NCBI GenBank assembly: GCA_024679065.1
Contig: JAGIQG010000022.1
Span: 5,952,001 to 6,016,000, forward strand
Source: Sphyrna mokarran
Taxonomy: Eukaryota
Reading direction: 5' to 3'
Length of the DNA stretch: 64,000 nucleotides
Notes under the pieces: model-generated
Told to the model about the DNA's origin: nothing
The model's database searches: none
What the model saw: only the letters and a program-made list of their open reading frames with translations
Part shown: piece after piece, positions 36,576-49,206 of the stretch
Layout: each line of letters opens with the position of its first letter
How positions within the stretch are numbered: position 1 is the stretch's first letter
Position numbers and translations under genes: made by a program

Positions 36576-39500
36576 TTTTAATTTTTCCAGCTTTCTAACT
36601 ATTTTAATTCTAGTAAGAAATTTAAATTCAGAAGACAATGTGCAATTATATACAATAGAATGGACAATTAGGCTGAGGTGGAGTAACTATAGGAAAAAAA
36701 ACAAAAAGTTTTTATAGCTCTTATCCATCTACTTTGGTGAATTAAACTAAATATTAATATAAATCCACTGGGATTTTAAACACTGATATGTTACTGAATA
36801 GCCCTTTGAATGCAGCTCAACACCACCGTATGTGCTCTATAATTATTTGACAAAATAATAAAATGCCTGCCAACTTTGACATTTGTAGAGGAAAATACAA
36901 AGATCGTTGATTTTTTTTAAATTCACATTTCCCATTCATGAAAAAGCAACAGTATCTACTCTCCATGGGAGTTCAGAAAAGTTGTGTCTCCAAATGAGCA
37001 CTGCACATGTCAGTTTAATATACCCACAGGAACCAGAGAAACCTGGAAATGATGGGACTGGTCCAGAGGTATATGATTTCTGGCATGGATATAGATGTAT
37101 ATTAATAAATCGATTTAATATACTGGCACACGAGCTTGCAATGTATATGCAGCTGTATGTATTCACCATACGCATTGGCTACTGTGGATGCATTAAGATG
37201 GTACATTACCAAATCAGATGATAGTTTCTGCTCTATAAATGCATCATATATAATCCAGTAACCGAGGAAATAAACGGCAAAAAGAAGCATAAAGAGGACA
37301 GATTAAAAGTTCATTGATACACCGTTGAGTTTAGAGGTTGGGGTTGTCCTTGCTGCTTTTTCAAATAAACATCGGGTAATTAAATAAATATATTCATAAT
37401 TCCAGAATGCAGAGAGGTTTGCAAATTCCATCGAAGTGTCAACTGACATGCAACAAAATCTGCTAACTTGATTTCCGTAAAGGTGCATGTGTTTTTATCC
37501 ATACAGCTATATAAACCTTTCTGAAAATGGGATACATTGTCCTTCAAATTTGGGAGCTTAATGTACCAACAGTAACCAAAGAGTTATCTCCAAATACTCA
37601 AGCTGACCCAGAGAAGACATTTATATCATTCAGTAACCTGACCATCTGGTGTATTTGGGACGTGATGACTGGAACTTCCACCGCCCACAAAGGTTAAATA
37701 CTGAAAGCACGGTGATTGAATCAAATACTCGGGCGCTTAACAACTAAACCACGGGAAGTTAGCTGTTTAGTGAGGACCCTAAACCATTTTATCTACACTC
37801 TGGTCGGCAGCCGCTCCGCTTTAGCTCAGAATCTGGATTATTCTAATTGTGTTAGTTTGGTTCTTGGAAAGATAACAAAATTGTATTTTAAATTGCATTT
37901 TATTCATTAGCAGATTTAATTGTAAGTCTCCGTTTAACCTGAAACATTTCTGTACCTGTTAAAATCTACTTCCAAAATTAAACCCTCTTCCAAATCAGTC
38001 TGTATAACTGTCTAGTTAAGATTTTTAACTAGAATTGGCCTAACAATCTATGGGTGGGACTTTGCGAGTAATAAATTCTCCAGAAAAAAATTGTTTGGTA
38101 AAGAAGGATTTACAAAAAAAAATCCAAAATTAACATCCTGAGAAATTAGTCATTTAATACGAAGTATTTCAACTTCCCGTCAATAGCTTTATTTCCTATA
38201 GATGTTGGGTCGTATTTTACAAATGCTGTACATTTGTTTTCTGCTAATTTAAAAACAGCAGACCGAGTATTTTTTTTACAATCTTTGTACATGTTTTCCC
38301 ACTGTCCAAGTACAACTTTGAACCAAACTTTTCCCTGAACATTGAAGGAAGCACAAAACCATGTGAGTAACGCCCTGAGTTGGGTGCCAGTGCCACTAAG
38401 TTCTGTGGTGGGCTATCTCGCCAGACCATGATCAATTTTAGGTGAGGATTAATTAGGTTGAATAAAAACCTCAGATATCGGACCCCGCCTCCCCCACTGG
38501 GCTGTTTTGGTGAGTGATTGCGTGGTGGAAGTACGTGGGTATCTTTAGACTGCTGGTTATCTCACAAAGCTGGGCTGGTAATCAGCAAAAAGTACCTGTA
38601 TATATTTTGATTAAACGTTTGGGTTTAGACTGGAGGAGTGGATAAAGGAACAGTCTCGGAGACAATGACCTAGTATAAATGGAGAGAGATTGGCGTTTTA
38701 TTGTTAGCAGGCATTGGGAGATGCTCGTGGCGCCAGTCACACTATCTCGTCAACAGATAGAGAATAAAGACAAAAGCAGCATCGCACCTTGTTCGATAGA
38801 GACGCAGATGACTATCTCCCTCTCGCACTCTGGCGACGGTCAGATACTCACTCCGGCTCAGCCGTCTTGTTTTTAGCAGATCACAGATTCGAAACACGGG
38901 AAGGGGAGATTTAATTATCCAGAAATTGTACAATTTCCCGATATCGAATTATAAAACACGGGGAATAATAGAGAGCGCTTTCCCTGGCCGGGAAATACTA
39001 ATCCTGACGCTATCACTGTTTCGGTTTCCCGATGTTTCGAGTGGGAAGAATCAGATTTGACATTAAATTAACGGGTTCACGTAAAGATTGCGGGTTCTCA
39101 GATTTGTATTCTAGAGTCAGTGCTAATGAACTTGTTTTTTTTAAAAGAAAGATGGAGCTTTCGGTCCAGACCATTGAAAAAGGCAGATGTCAGAATCTTG
39201 GGAAAGAAGAATATTTAAACTTTTCCTTTTCTGAGATGGAAGGTGTGTGTGTGTGTGTGTGTGATTTTCTTTCTTGTTCAGCGGGGTGAGGATACTCTGG
39301 GCACAGAGCGATCCCAGACTTGCGCCGATGGAAGAGCTAGCGACTGGAGAGAGCCGTGACCGAGCGGAGCGCATCTTTACCCGGCTCCCTGAAGCTGCAA
39401 ATATATAAAGCTAACCCAATCACCCAAACATCTCAGCGGTTCTCCCCTGCTAAGGTTCGGCAGATGATTTTTGATTTCCATGCATTCACCGGAGGAGATA

Positions 39501-39939
39501 GTGGGGGAGGCGGCTGGACGGGGAGGGGAGGGGCGCTGGTCAAATTTCTTTGCTTAATGCAAAGTGACAGGAGAGGGTGCTTACTGCTGGATGTCAGCAG
39601 ACTGGCGCCAAGCGCTCTCGACAAGCCGTGTCCGACTTAATCGGAGGAGATGGTTTTGAGGAACCCTTACATTTCTCACCCCGAGAATCTGCTCTGCCTC
39701 TGCCCCTCAAATTCTCACCTCAGCCCCTCCTTGACATTTTCTCATGGGCTTCTTGAGGACCGCCATTCAGATAAACACTCAACTCTAACAAACAAATTCA
39801 CCAAAAGTAATCGAAAATATATAGGATTAAAATTAATGTTGTTTCTATCTCCATTACCTCAGCCCTTACAAACTCAAAAATTAGTTATGGTCTGTATATT
39901 AGACATTCACAGTGAGGAGATGTATTATGTATTACATAT

Positions 39940-40301
39940 TGGCTTCATATTGTCAAATGTATTCTATACATCATATAGGCACTGTATTATATAGGGGCAT
40001 TAAAATAGTATCAGATGTATCATATATTAAATAAGCATCAAGACACTATCAAATGTACCGTATATGTTGTATAGGCAATAAGATGGTGTCAGTTATATTC
40101 TATAGATTATATAGGCATTAAGGCATAGTGACACGCATCATATATTTTGTATAGGTAACAAGATAGTGTCAGAAACATCATATATAGCGTACAGGCGTTA
40201 AAGCACAGCGTCAGATGTATTCTATATATTGTATAGGCATTAAGGCACGGTGTCAGATGAATTCTATATATTATATAAGCATTAACACACAGTGTCAGAT
40301 G
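39940..40301. repeat. Degenerate 40-42 bp tandem repeat (~9 units) upstream of TBX2
   Basis: Consensus close to ATAGGCATTAAGGCACRGTGTCAGATGTATTCTATATATTRT. Confidence 0.85.
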
Positions 40302-40581
40302 GTGGGTTTACTGGCGCGTCCCGCTCGGCTTTTCCCACGACTCGCAAAGCGCTGAAGCGTTTGGGCAACTTGCTGATTGTAAAATTAAAAAGGGCAACGT
40401 CCTTATTTTCGCTGCCAGGGGCTGGAACTGCGGACCCGGGCACACAGTAAGATAACTAGGAGAGAAAGCTGGGTAGAATACCCCTTCCCTTCTACTTCAC
40501 CCCACTCCAAACAAAATCACTAATCTGTTTTAGAATTTAAGGTCGCGCTTTATTTCCCAATAACTTTATCTCAAATCCTAA

Positions 40582-40600
40582 TTACGCCATCTGGTGGGGC
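40582..40600 (-). promoter_or_regulatory. Strong CTCF motif match
   Basis: Minus strand GCCCCACCAGATGGCGTAA fits the CTCF core CCASYAGRKGGCRS at all but the last position. Confidence 0.6.
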
Positions 40601-41199
40601 CCACCGCGATGAAAAAAAATCTATTTTCCCCTGAGCTGGTGATTTTACGAGCAAAGGGATCGTGGGTGGAAAAAACAGCAGAAATATAGACTGATATGTT
40701 TGCCTTTGCAAACTTTAGTGTTTTAAATAAAAATATTGGGGGTGCTTCAGACTGGTGCCTTCAATGTGATCTTGATGAAAAAAAGGAAATGAACCAAAAC
40801 TTAAGTTTCTTTTTTTACTTTATAAAGTGTTGAAGCTGTACCTTCTTCGTACCTTCCCATTTACACCAGAATGGAGGCGAATAATTATTAAAATCGGCGC
40901 TCGAAGCGGAATTGTAGGACTTTTCTAAGCGACTCCTTCAATTTTTTACACTTGCCTACACATGGTTATAATATAATAGGCCATTTACACCCACACACAG
41001 GCATAAAAACAATAGGATTCTAAATAATTAACATAAAATACCTAAAATGAGAAATGCAGTTTTTTTTTAAATAAATGTACCCATTCTGGAGTTGCAGACA
41101 AGTCTAGGACTTGTCATCCCTCTCCGGTTCCCTTTATATTATCTTTTATACAAGTTCACATAGATACTTATCTCTATGCTGTTACCTGTGGGTTTTTGG

Positions 41200-41784
41200 A
41201 GGTTTTAGCGGCTCCAGGTGTTTTGCGGTTCGCCGTGGAGTCTCTGTCCGGGACCGGGCACTCTTAATCCGGGACGCGGGGAGGATGGAGACCGCTTGTT
41301 GGGGGGGGTGGGGGGGGGAGGGGGGAGGGGAGGAGGAAGAAGGACGGGGGGGGGAAATGCCTTCTGTCATTGGTTAATATTTAATTTTGTTGACATGTTT
41401 TCAAAGAGCGATTCCAGTGATGCTTACTGTACGTTGAAGCTTCCGACACCTTTTTCCCCACCCCTCCTCTCTCTTAACTCATCCATCCTGGCCTCATTGT
41501 CAAAACCCCGCCTTTCCAGCCTCACAATTGGTCAGGACGCGTAAAATCACCAATCAACGGGGCGGCTCATTAGCAGGACTGAGGCGAAAGGAGATCACTG
41601 CAGGAAGGATCTGTGTGTGTGTGTGTATGTGTGTGTGTGTGTCACACACACAGAGATTGCCGATCTGTACTTGTTCTTCAAGGAGATGGTGTAAGAGAAG
41701 ATCCGGCGAGAGCGCTTCCAACAGAAATCTTCTCCCCACCCTCTTCCCCCCAACCCCCCTCTCTTTTTTTTACCGGATGCACCG
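41200..41784 (+). promoter_or_regulatory. TBX2: TBX2 promoter and 5' leader (CpG-rich, CCAAT and GC boxes)
   Basis: ATTGG at ~41369 and ~41527; CCAAT plus GGGCGG at ~41551-41566; G-rich tract 41299-41355; directly upstream of the ATG. TSS not determinable from sequence. Confidence 0.7.
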
Positions 41785-42158
41785 ATGAGAGAACCAGTTT
41801 TAGCGACGACTATCATGGCTTATCATCCGTTCCACGCTCACCGGGCCGCGGATTTCCCCATGAGCACGTTCTTGGCCGCCCAGCCTTCCTTCTTCCCCGC
41901 CCTGGCTCTTCCGCCGAGCGGGGCGGCTGCTCTCTCGCTGCCCGGGGCTCTGGGCAAACCGTTGACGGACCCCAATATAGCCGAGGCGGGGATCCGCGTC
42001 TCTAGCCTGGGGCACCAGCCGGCACACCTGCGGCCCCTCAAGAGCCTGGAACCGGAGGATGAGGTCGAGGACGACCCCAAAGTGAACCTGGAAGCTAAGG
42101 ATCTGTGGGACCAGTTCCACAAAGTCGGCACCGAAATGGTTATTACCAAGTCTGGGAG
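41785..42158 (+). CDS. TBX2: T-box transcription factor TBX2, coding exon 1
   Basis: [44 protein letters not shown]...[34 protein letters not shown]; donor AG/gtacgc at 42159, phase 2. Confidence 0.98.
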
Positions 42159-43234
42159 GTACGCATCTCGCTGAAGACAGTCCCCAGTTCATGCGAGCAG
42201 TGTTTGCCACATTCTTATTATTGCTTTAACTTCCTCAACTCGTTTGTGTATCTTTCTTGTTTTTTTCAAAAACACAAAACTGCAATTAAGAATCAGTCAT
42301 CTGTTAAATGATTTCTAGCGAATTTGTGAAGTCCTTAAGAGAGGCCAGTTGACAAGATGCCAAAGGCAGAATTGGATCTGCCCGTGAAATGCGAGCGCTT
42401 TAATACGAACTCCTTTATTAAAGGGCTGAATGGTAACTCCTTAAGGTTGTGTTTTCTGCTCGAGATTCGGATTCATGTCTCTGTATTTCAAATCCATAGA
42501 AAGAGGCCGGGCAAAGCTTGTCGACATTTTCGTCGCTTTGCAATCAGTTTAACATGAAATGTATTAGTTTCCACCTAAGTCTTTTCTTTTGGTAACACAA
42601 CTTCCGAAAACGTCTCTTTTTAAATTATAACTATCGCTCCGCGGCAAACTGCAATGCCCTCTTTTTTTCATGTGTGTGGAAGGAATCCTACTTTGGCCCC
42701 TTAGTTCTCCCTAGCGCTGTCTGTCTCGCTACAGAAGTTTGTGAGTTGGAAGCGATAGGTCTGTTGCTAATTATAACCTTTGATAGTAATCGGCCGATGT
42801 CTCTTCGCTGGAAGGGGCAGAACAGGGCGCAAAAATAAAATAAAAATCAGTTCCCTGCAATGAGATTGTACAACTTTATAAAGTGATCAAACTTTGCGTC
42901 AGTTGAGGGGGTGGGGGCTGGGGGAGACCTGTCCCCGCTTACCCATTTGAACACAATGATTCTTGTTCATTCTCCAATTCCAATCCGGGATAATCGAAAT
43001 GTGATGTGAATTAGAGAAATTAGAAATATTATATCTTTGGCTAAAATATGATTTGAGGAATAAAGTGGAAGCAATCTCAGTTTAGTTATAAAAAGGAAGT
43101 GTTGTTTGAGAAACCTTTAAGAGTTCAGTGCATAGCTGAGCTGGGTGAGAATAATATTTTCAACTGCACCATTTGTCGTTTTTTGACTGATAAAATTATC
43201 TTTCTCACCATTAGCACGTGTCCCCGTATATTAA

Positions 43235-43567
<333 letters not shown>

Positions 43568-45896
43568 TAATTTTGACTGTCCTTTTTTTAAATTTTAGTA
43601 AGTATTTGGGTGAGGGAAGACAGTTCCCTTCTGCTTTCCATTGTTAACAATCTTGTTGCTAAATTCCCTTTGTGTCGGTGAGTATATCCTTGGCCCCGTT
43701 CCTGGGAATAGACTTCAAAAATAACTGCCCTGTGAGGGATGTGTTAGGGATTTGGGAAAATTGACTCGCCCGTGGGCGAGCGAGTCTCTGGGAAAATAAA
43801 TAAAATGCTTTAAAGGCTTCAGAAATACTAGGCCACTTTTTTGTCCAGTATGGATGCCTACAAACTGCAGCAGAAAGTTTAACCTTAATTATCCTGTATA
43901 AGATTGATACGTGTCCATTAATATAATATTTATAGAACACATTAAACCCAAATCCCCTCTAAAACAGTACAGTAATCATTTTACTTTGGAATCAAAATGG
44001 TTTAGGGTTAAGATAAAGGCAAATCAGATCAAATGTCTGCTGAGTGTACACCTCTGAATTCTGCTGACTTCCAATATATGCGCCCCTGTTACAGGAGAAT
44101 CCTTTGAAATCCAGGCCATCAGATTTATTTATTATCCCACATTCAGGAATGAGTTTGGACGCAAATTGTACTAAAAGCCGAAGGACATTAATAATCTGCG
44201 GTAGATACTGGGCCGAGGTTAAGAATTTTATAATTATGCCTTTATATATTACTATTAGAGGCCTTTGTTTTTTTCTCTCGCTGTTTTCTAACGTGGGGTC
44301 AGGCTGAAGTGTGTTAATGGTATGAGTTGTGAAAAGCAGGTCAGGCTTTGTGGCGTCAGGGAGGAGAGAGAGAGAGAGAGAAGAGCAGAGAGTGCTGGCT
44401 AGTTCGAAAGAGCCTGACTGCTGAAAGGACGGTCTCTCTCTGCAGCCAGTGGAACTCGGAAAGAATCAGTCCAGCAGTGATGTTTTAGAGGTGGACAGGG
44501 GCCAGTGGAGAACAATTTGGGACCATTTATTTGCGAGGGGAAATACATGTTTTTAATGCAGTGTCTGGGAAACTTGATTGAAGGTTGGAGGAATAGCACT
44601 TGGAGGTAAAAGCAGCCATTATATGCAGCTTGCAGAAAGCGCCCTGAAGCACAGAGCATTCGACCTAGATCAGCAAGCGTGAAAAAAAGAACGCCGCTCG
44701 CTTTTACTGACAATATACTCAAAATTAGAATAAAAAGTGAAGACAGGCAGATTGTAAGATCCATCAAGAGATGAGAAAAATAGCCCGGTTCAGTGGGCTG
44801 TTACAATCTTTTGTGTGATTAGATTGCAAACGCCATTGACATTATTAATAATAGAAGCTGATATTCATTTTTGAAACGTGTATCTCGGATATCTCCAGGC
44901 TGAAGACTCCAATGTAACGTTGGAGGAATTGTAGCTGGGAACAGTTCAGGGGAATTTTCGGAGACTCAGTGGTTTGTCTGGCTGATCTGAGCTTTTGAGT
45001 GGCTTGGCTCTCGTTTATTTGCACGCCTGAGCGAGGAAGCACTGTAACATTTTATATTATATAAAGGCAGGACAGAGTTGAAATGACGCATCAATGCCCA
45101 GATCCAGTGTCTATCTTTTATGTGTCAGAGACAATGCCTCAGTTTCGCTTTCAGCGTGTCCCAGGATATTTGGAAATAAATGTCAGGGTGATTTTTCTTC
45201 CTCCCCGCCCCGGTGTTCTTTTCAAACAGATTCTCATCCACGAACCTCGTCAGAGATGTGTTTTAATAATAATAAAAACATCGTTTAAAAAAATGAATCT
45301 AGCCGGGGAAATGAGGGAGGCGATCGAAGTCACATTACAGCAGGAAACTGGTGACCTCAACATTCCATGTCTGTAATACGGGTCAAGATCAAACATTTCA
45401 AAGCACCTCCAGCCCAGAAGAGGCCGTTTGGAATTCCCATTTACAAAGTAAAATAAAATAAATTGGGCTGATTTTTTATTGTTTAATATCATTCGGTGCA
45501 AGACGCAAATTATAATTAGAATGTATTGTATAATTAATCTTATTCATTAGTTTGAAAGTACTATTTATATTTATCTACTCATGTACACGCGCGGTTCCTA
45601 TTCAATGCACGCAGCAATGTTTGCAGTTAACAAGCAGGGCAGATTAACCTTTCGATTTTTGCTTGTGTACTGAATTATTGCTAAACTACATTAGGGCAAG
45701 ATGCATGTCCACTTTCCCTGGCCTTCTCCTAAATGTATGAGGAAGGTGAAGGGATGGGGTGTGGGGGGGGGGGGGGGGGGGGAGAATCACCAGAACTGAC
45801 CTGTTTTCACTGATTCCTGGTCCCAGATATAGGAGGCAAACCGCGGGCTGCCCTTCTGTAGAACTAACCTGAGCGTTGTTCCCCTTTTTTCCTTAG

Positions 45897-46070
<174 letters not shown>

Positions 46071-47852
46071 TAATCCCGGGAGCTAACTGGACTCACTCAT
46101 GCACTGAGTCGGGGCACAAACAATTCATAACCGTCCCGCCATATTAATGGTTTACTTCATTCATTCAAATGTTTGGAGATAGTTTGGAGATAATCACGAC
46201 AGCATTTCCAAATAAACATTTCAATGCAGTCAAATGCTGCACTGAATTCAAAGCAACATTATTTTGGCGGGCGGCCGAGATGTCCCTGAATGCAAACAGC
46301 AAAGAGAATCGGTGCCTCACACTCCTGATAATTACAAGCTGCAGTTTGAAGTGGGGATTCGTGTTTTAAAAGTGGTAACACGAGTAGAAAGGTTTTCTTT
46401 ATAAAATGATATTGAGGGAAAATGGAATGATTTGCATCAGGATAAGGATACGCACGGAACTATAAAAGTGCTTTTAAATAATGCTTGCTTAAATAATAAA
46501 ATCTTTGCACCAGATGCGGGGAGATCGCGCGAGGAAGTTAGTCACCCTCAGCCTGGCCTGTGTGAAAACTGGGGGAGGGGTAGCGACGAGTGGTTAAAGT
46601 TTAGATACACGGGGACTTTATCTGCCGTGTAAAAGGCAGTGGAGCAAAATCTGGATGGAAACAGGTTCCACCAAGGTATTAGATTGTGGGTAAAACGGCT
46701 GGTGATAATCCAGCGTTAGGGTAGCGATCACCGCATTCCTGTAACTATCTCTCTGTCGCTTGATACTTTGGGTCAAGTTGGGTTGGGAGGTGGGGGTGGG
46801 GACGAGGGGAAGGAGGGGGTTGTTTATCAACGTTTAACACTTTACAGTGAGAATCCAAATCGATCACTGAATATTCTGATCGAAGCGGAACCGGGGCTTT
46901 ACTGATCTTGGCTGACAGTACCAGCCGGAACGTTGAAAGATGAAATTAAAGATATAATCAGGAGAATATTGTGGCAAACCTGCTTCCTTTTAATAATGAA
47001 AATAGTGATTTTATTTAATATTGTTTCCCAAATAAGCAAATAGACCCAATTAACAAAGAGGCTTAATTCCACTTGGACTGGTGAGATTTCAGGTGTCATT
47101 TCTGATGCCCCTTTAAATACACTAGCTTTCTCCTGCAAAGCGTGGCTGATGAATAATGGATACAGCACAGCAAGGGAGGCAGACTTGTCGGTTAGCTGAT
47201 ATCATATACCATAATTTGTATGAAGTATTCATAACCCGATCACGTAACTATGCTGTTAAAAACCTTTTTAGAAGCGCTCCATAACCTTCTTATTGGCGAG
47301 TAAGATTAAATATCTCAACGCCACACGGAGAGAAGTCCTGATTTATCCAACACTGACTCAACGCATCTCTTTGAATTTGCCTTGTTAACAGAGATGCGAC
47401 AAGGACAATAGAGAATCAGTATCACTCATTTGTCTCCGCCTTTATGCAAGGAAAGGGAGGGGCAGTTGGATTCGTTAATATCTTTTCATATCTTGATATT
47501 CAAATCAAACATTTTGGCTGAGTGTATTCATAGAATTTGTATCGAATTTCCTTCACACCTGGCCTCAGATTGTATCAGAGAATCCTCCAGACAAACGCAG
47601 ACGAACTGAAGCCAATAAAACTGCGGGTGTAGTTAAGGATTGTAGGTTGTCCCAAAGCTCAAAGCAGCTCGCTTGTAATGTCGAAAACATTATCAAAAAG
47701 CACCAGTGTCCACGAATTTGCACATGACCGTCCCTCATAAACACAGCGGGATAAATACTGACCAGAACACAGTTCAGTAAAATCATCTTTTTTTTTGCCT
47801 CGTCCCTCAAATCCAGTGCTGTTTCATTTTATTTTGCTGCTCCCACAATTAA

Positions 47853-48005
<153 letters not shown>

Positions 48006-48405
48006 TAAAATCATTCAACAGCCGACTCAGAGCATTTAGAAATAATTTCTTAAGGGAAGAGAGTTGGTTTTCTCCCATTACCCTGGGTGATTTCCCATCT
48101 GGATAGTTCTGAAAGTGAATTGCGCCGGCACAGACAGCCGGAATAGATGGGAATCTGGCCGTTTCTCTGTTGGATGTGTGGGTTAACAGTGTGCACCTCC
48201 TGGCGGCCAGTAACGGAATGGCACCAGAGATTGTTGGGAATATTGTGTGGGGAGAGAGGGCTGTTTTAATTTTAACTTTTAATATCTTCATATCGTAATT
48301 TTACTCTGATTTATATTTAAAGTAGGAATTAAAATGTGTCATTTCTCAAATAACAACAGTTTAAAGCCCGCCATCGGTCTCATTGTAATGCTGTTTGATT
48401 TTCAG

Positions 48406-48575
48406 AAAACAGCTTTCTCTCCCCTCCTTGCGGGTTTACGAAGATCATTGCAAAGGTGACCGAGATGGTGGCGATTCTGACGCCTCCTCCAGCGACCAGC
48501 CGCCGGCCAGGGAGTCTCTGCGCTCGCCCTTAGTTGTGGACCCCGTTTCTCTGCAATTCAGCCAAGTATCCAAAG
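48406..48575 (+). CDS. TBX2: TBX2 coding exon 5
   Basis: Acceptor ttcag; [41 protein letters not shown]... (TBX2-type); donor G/gtgaga, phase 1. Confidence 0.95.
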
Positions 48576-48904
48576 GTGAGAGATAGGGAGTGAGGGAGTG
48601 GGAGCGGGAGGGAGGCGGCAGGGTCTGATCCCAATCCAGAGATCAAGGGCGAGCGGTTTGTTGACCGCATGGCGCCCCCCAGGTAAATCATGAGGCCAGT
48701 GGCTTAACCTTTAAAGCTTGCTGTCATTATTTGCTCCAGTAAGTTCTCATAAATGAGGGCAGGAGACACCGAAACACAGGAGAAGATCAACTTTGAAAAG
48801 GACTAAAAGACTTAATGAATATAAAATCAGTACATTACCCTGAAACTCAATAGGAACTCTTTAAACCAAGTAAATAACTCTCTGCTACTTCTGTGGAATG
48901 TATT

Positions 48905-49206
48905 TGGAGATAAGAGGAGGAACTTCTCGCAGAGAGGGCGGTGAATTTATGGAACTCGCTGCCCCATAGCATTGTGGAGTCTGAATCGTTGAACGGGATC
49001 AAGAGGGAAATAGATATTTTCCTAATTTAAAAAGGAGAAAGAGGGATATGGGATACAGGTGGGGAGCTGGATTTGAGATCAGGGCGAGATCAGCCATGAT
49101 CTGATTGAATTTACCGGGTAAAGTTTTACAACACCAATTCTACATCATGAATTTACCGGAGCAGGGCTGAATTTACCTACTTCTGCTCCTCATTCCCATG
49201 TTCCTA
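48905..49206 (+). mobile_element. CR1 3' end in TBX2 intron 5
   Basis: gtgaatttatggaactcgctgccccatagc (V.LWNSLP) and tail gatcagccatgatctgattgaat...ctacttctgctcct. Confidence 0.85.

Noticed and set aside
37030-37068. Possible 39-nt micro-exon (cacag/GAACCA...CCAGAG/gtatat)
   Set aside because: Weak pyrimidine tract and donor, and no gene to assign it to.
39280-39420. TATA-like TATATAAAG and possible TBX2-AS1-like transcript
   Set aside because: A single short motif; no exon structure can be supported from sequence alone.
41613-42210. Alternative-frame and antisense ORFs over TBX2 exon 1 (also over exons 2, 6 and 7)
   Set aside because: Expected shadows of GC-rich coding sequence.
47091-47560. 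T-box sites AGGTGTCA and TTCACACCT in intron 3 as autoregulatory elements
   Set aside because: Several such 8-mers are expected by chance in 64 kb; no support without conservation data.
48668-48685. Possible CTCF motif in intron 5 (also ~13535 and ~26090)
   Set aside because: Only the 3' half of the motif matches.
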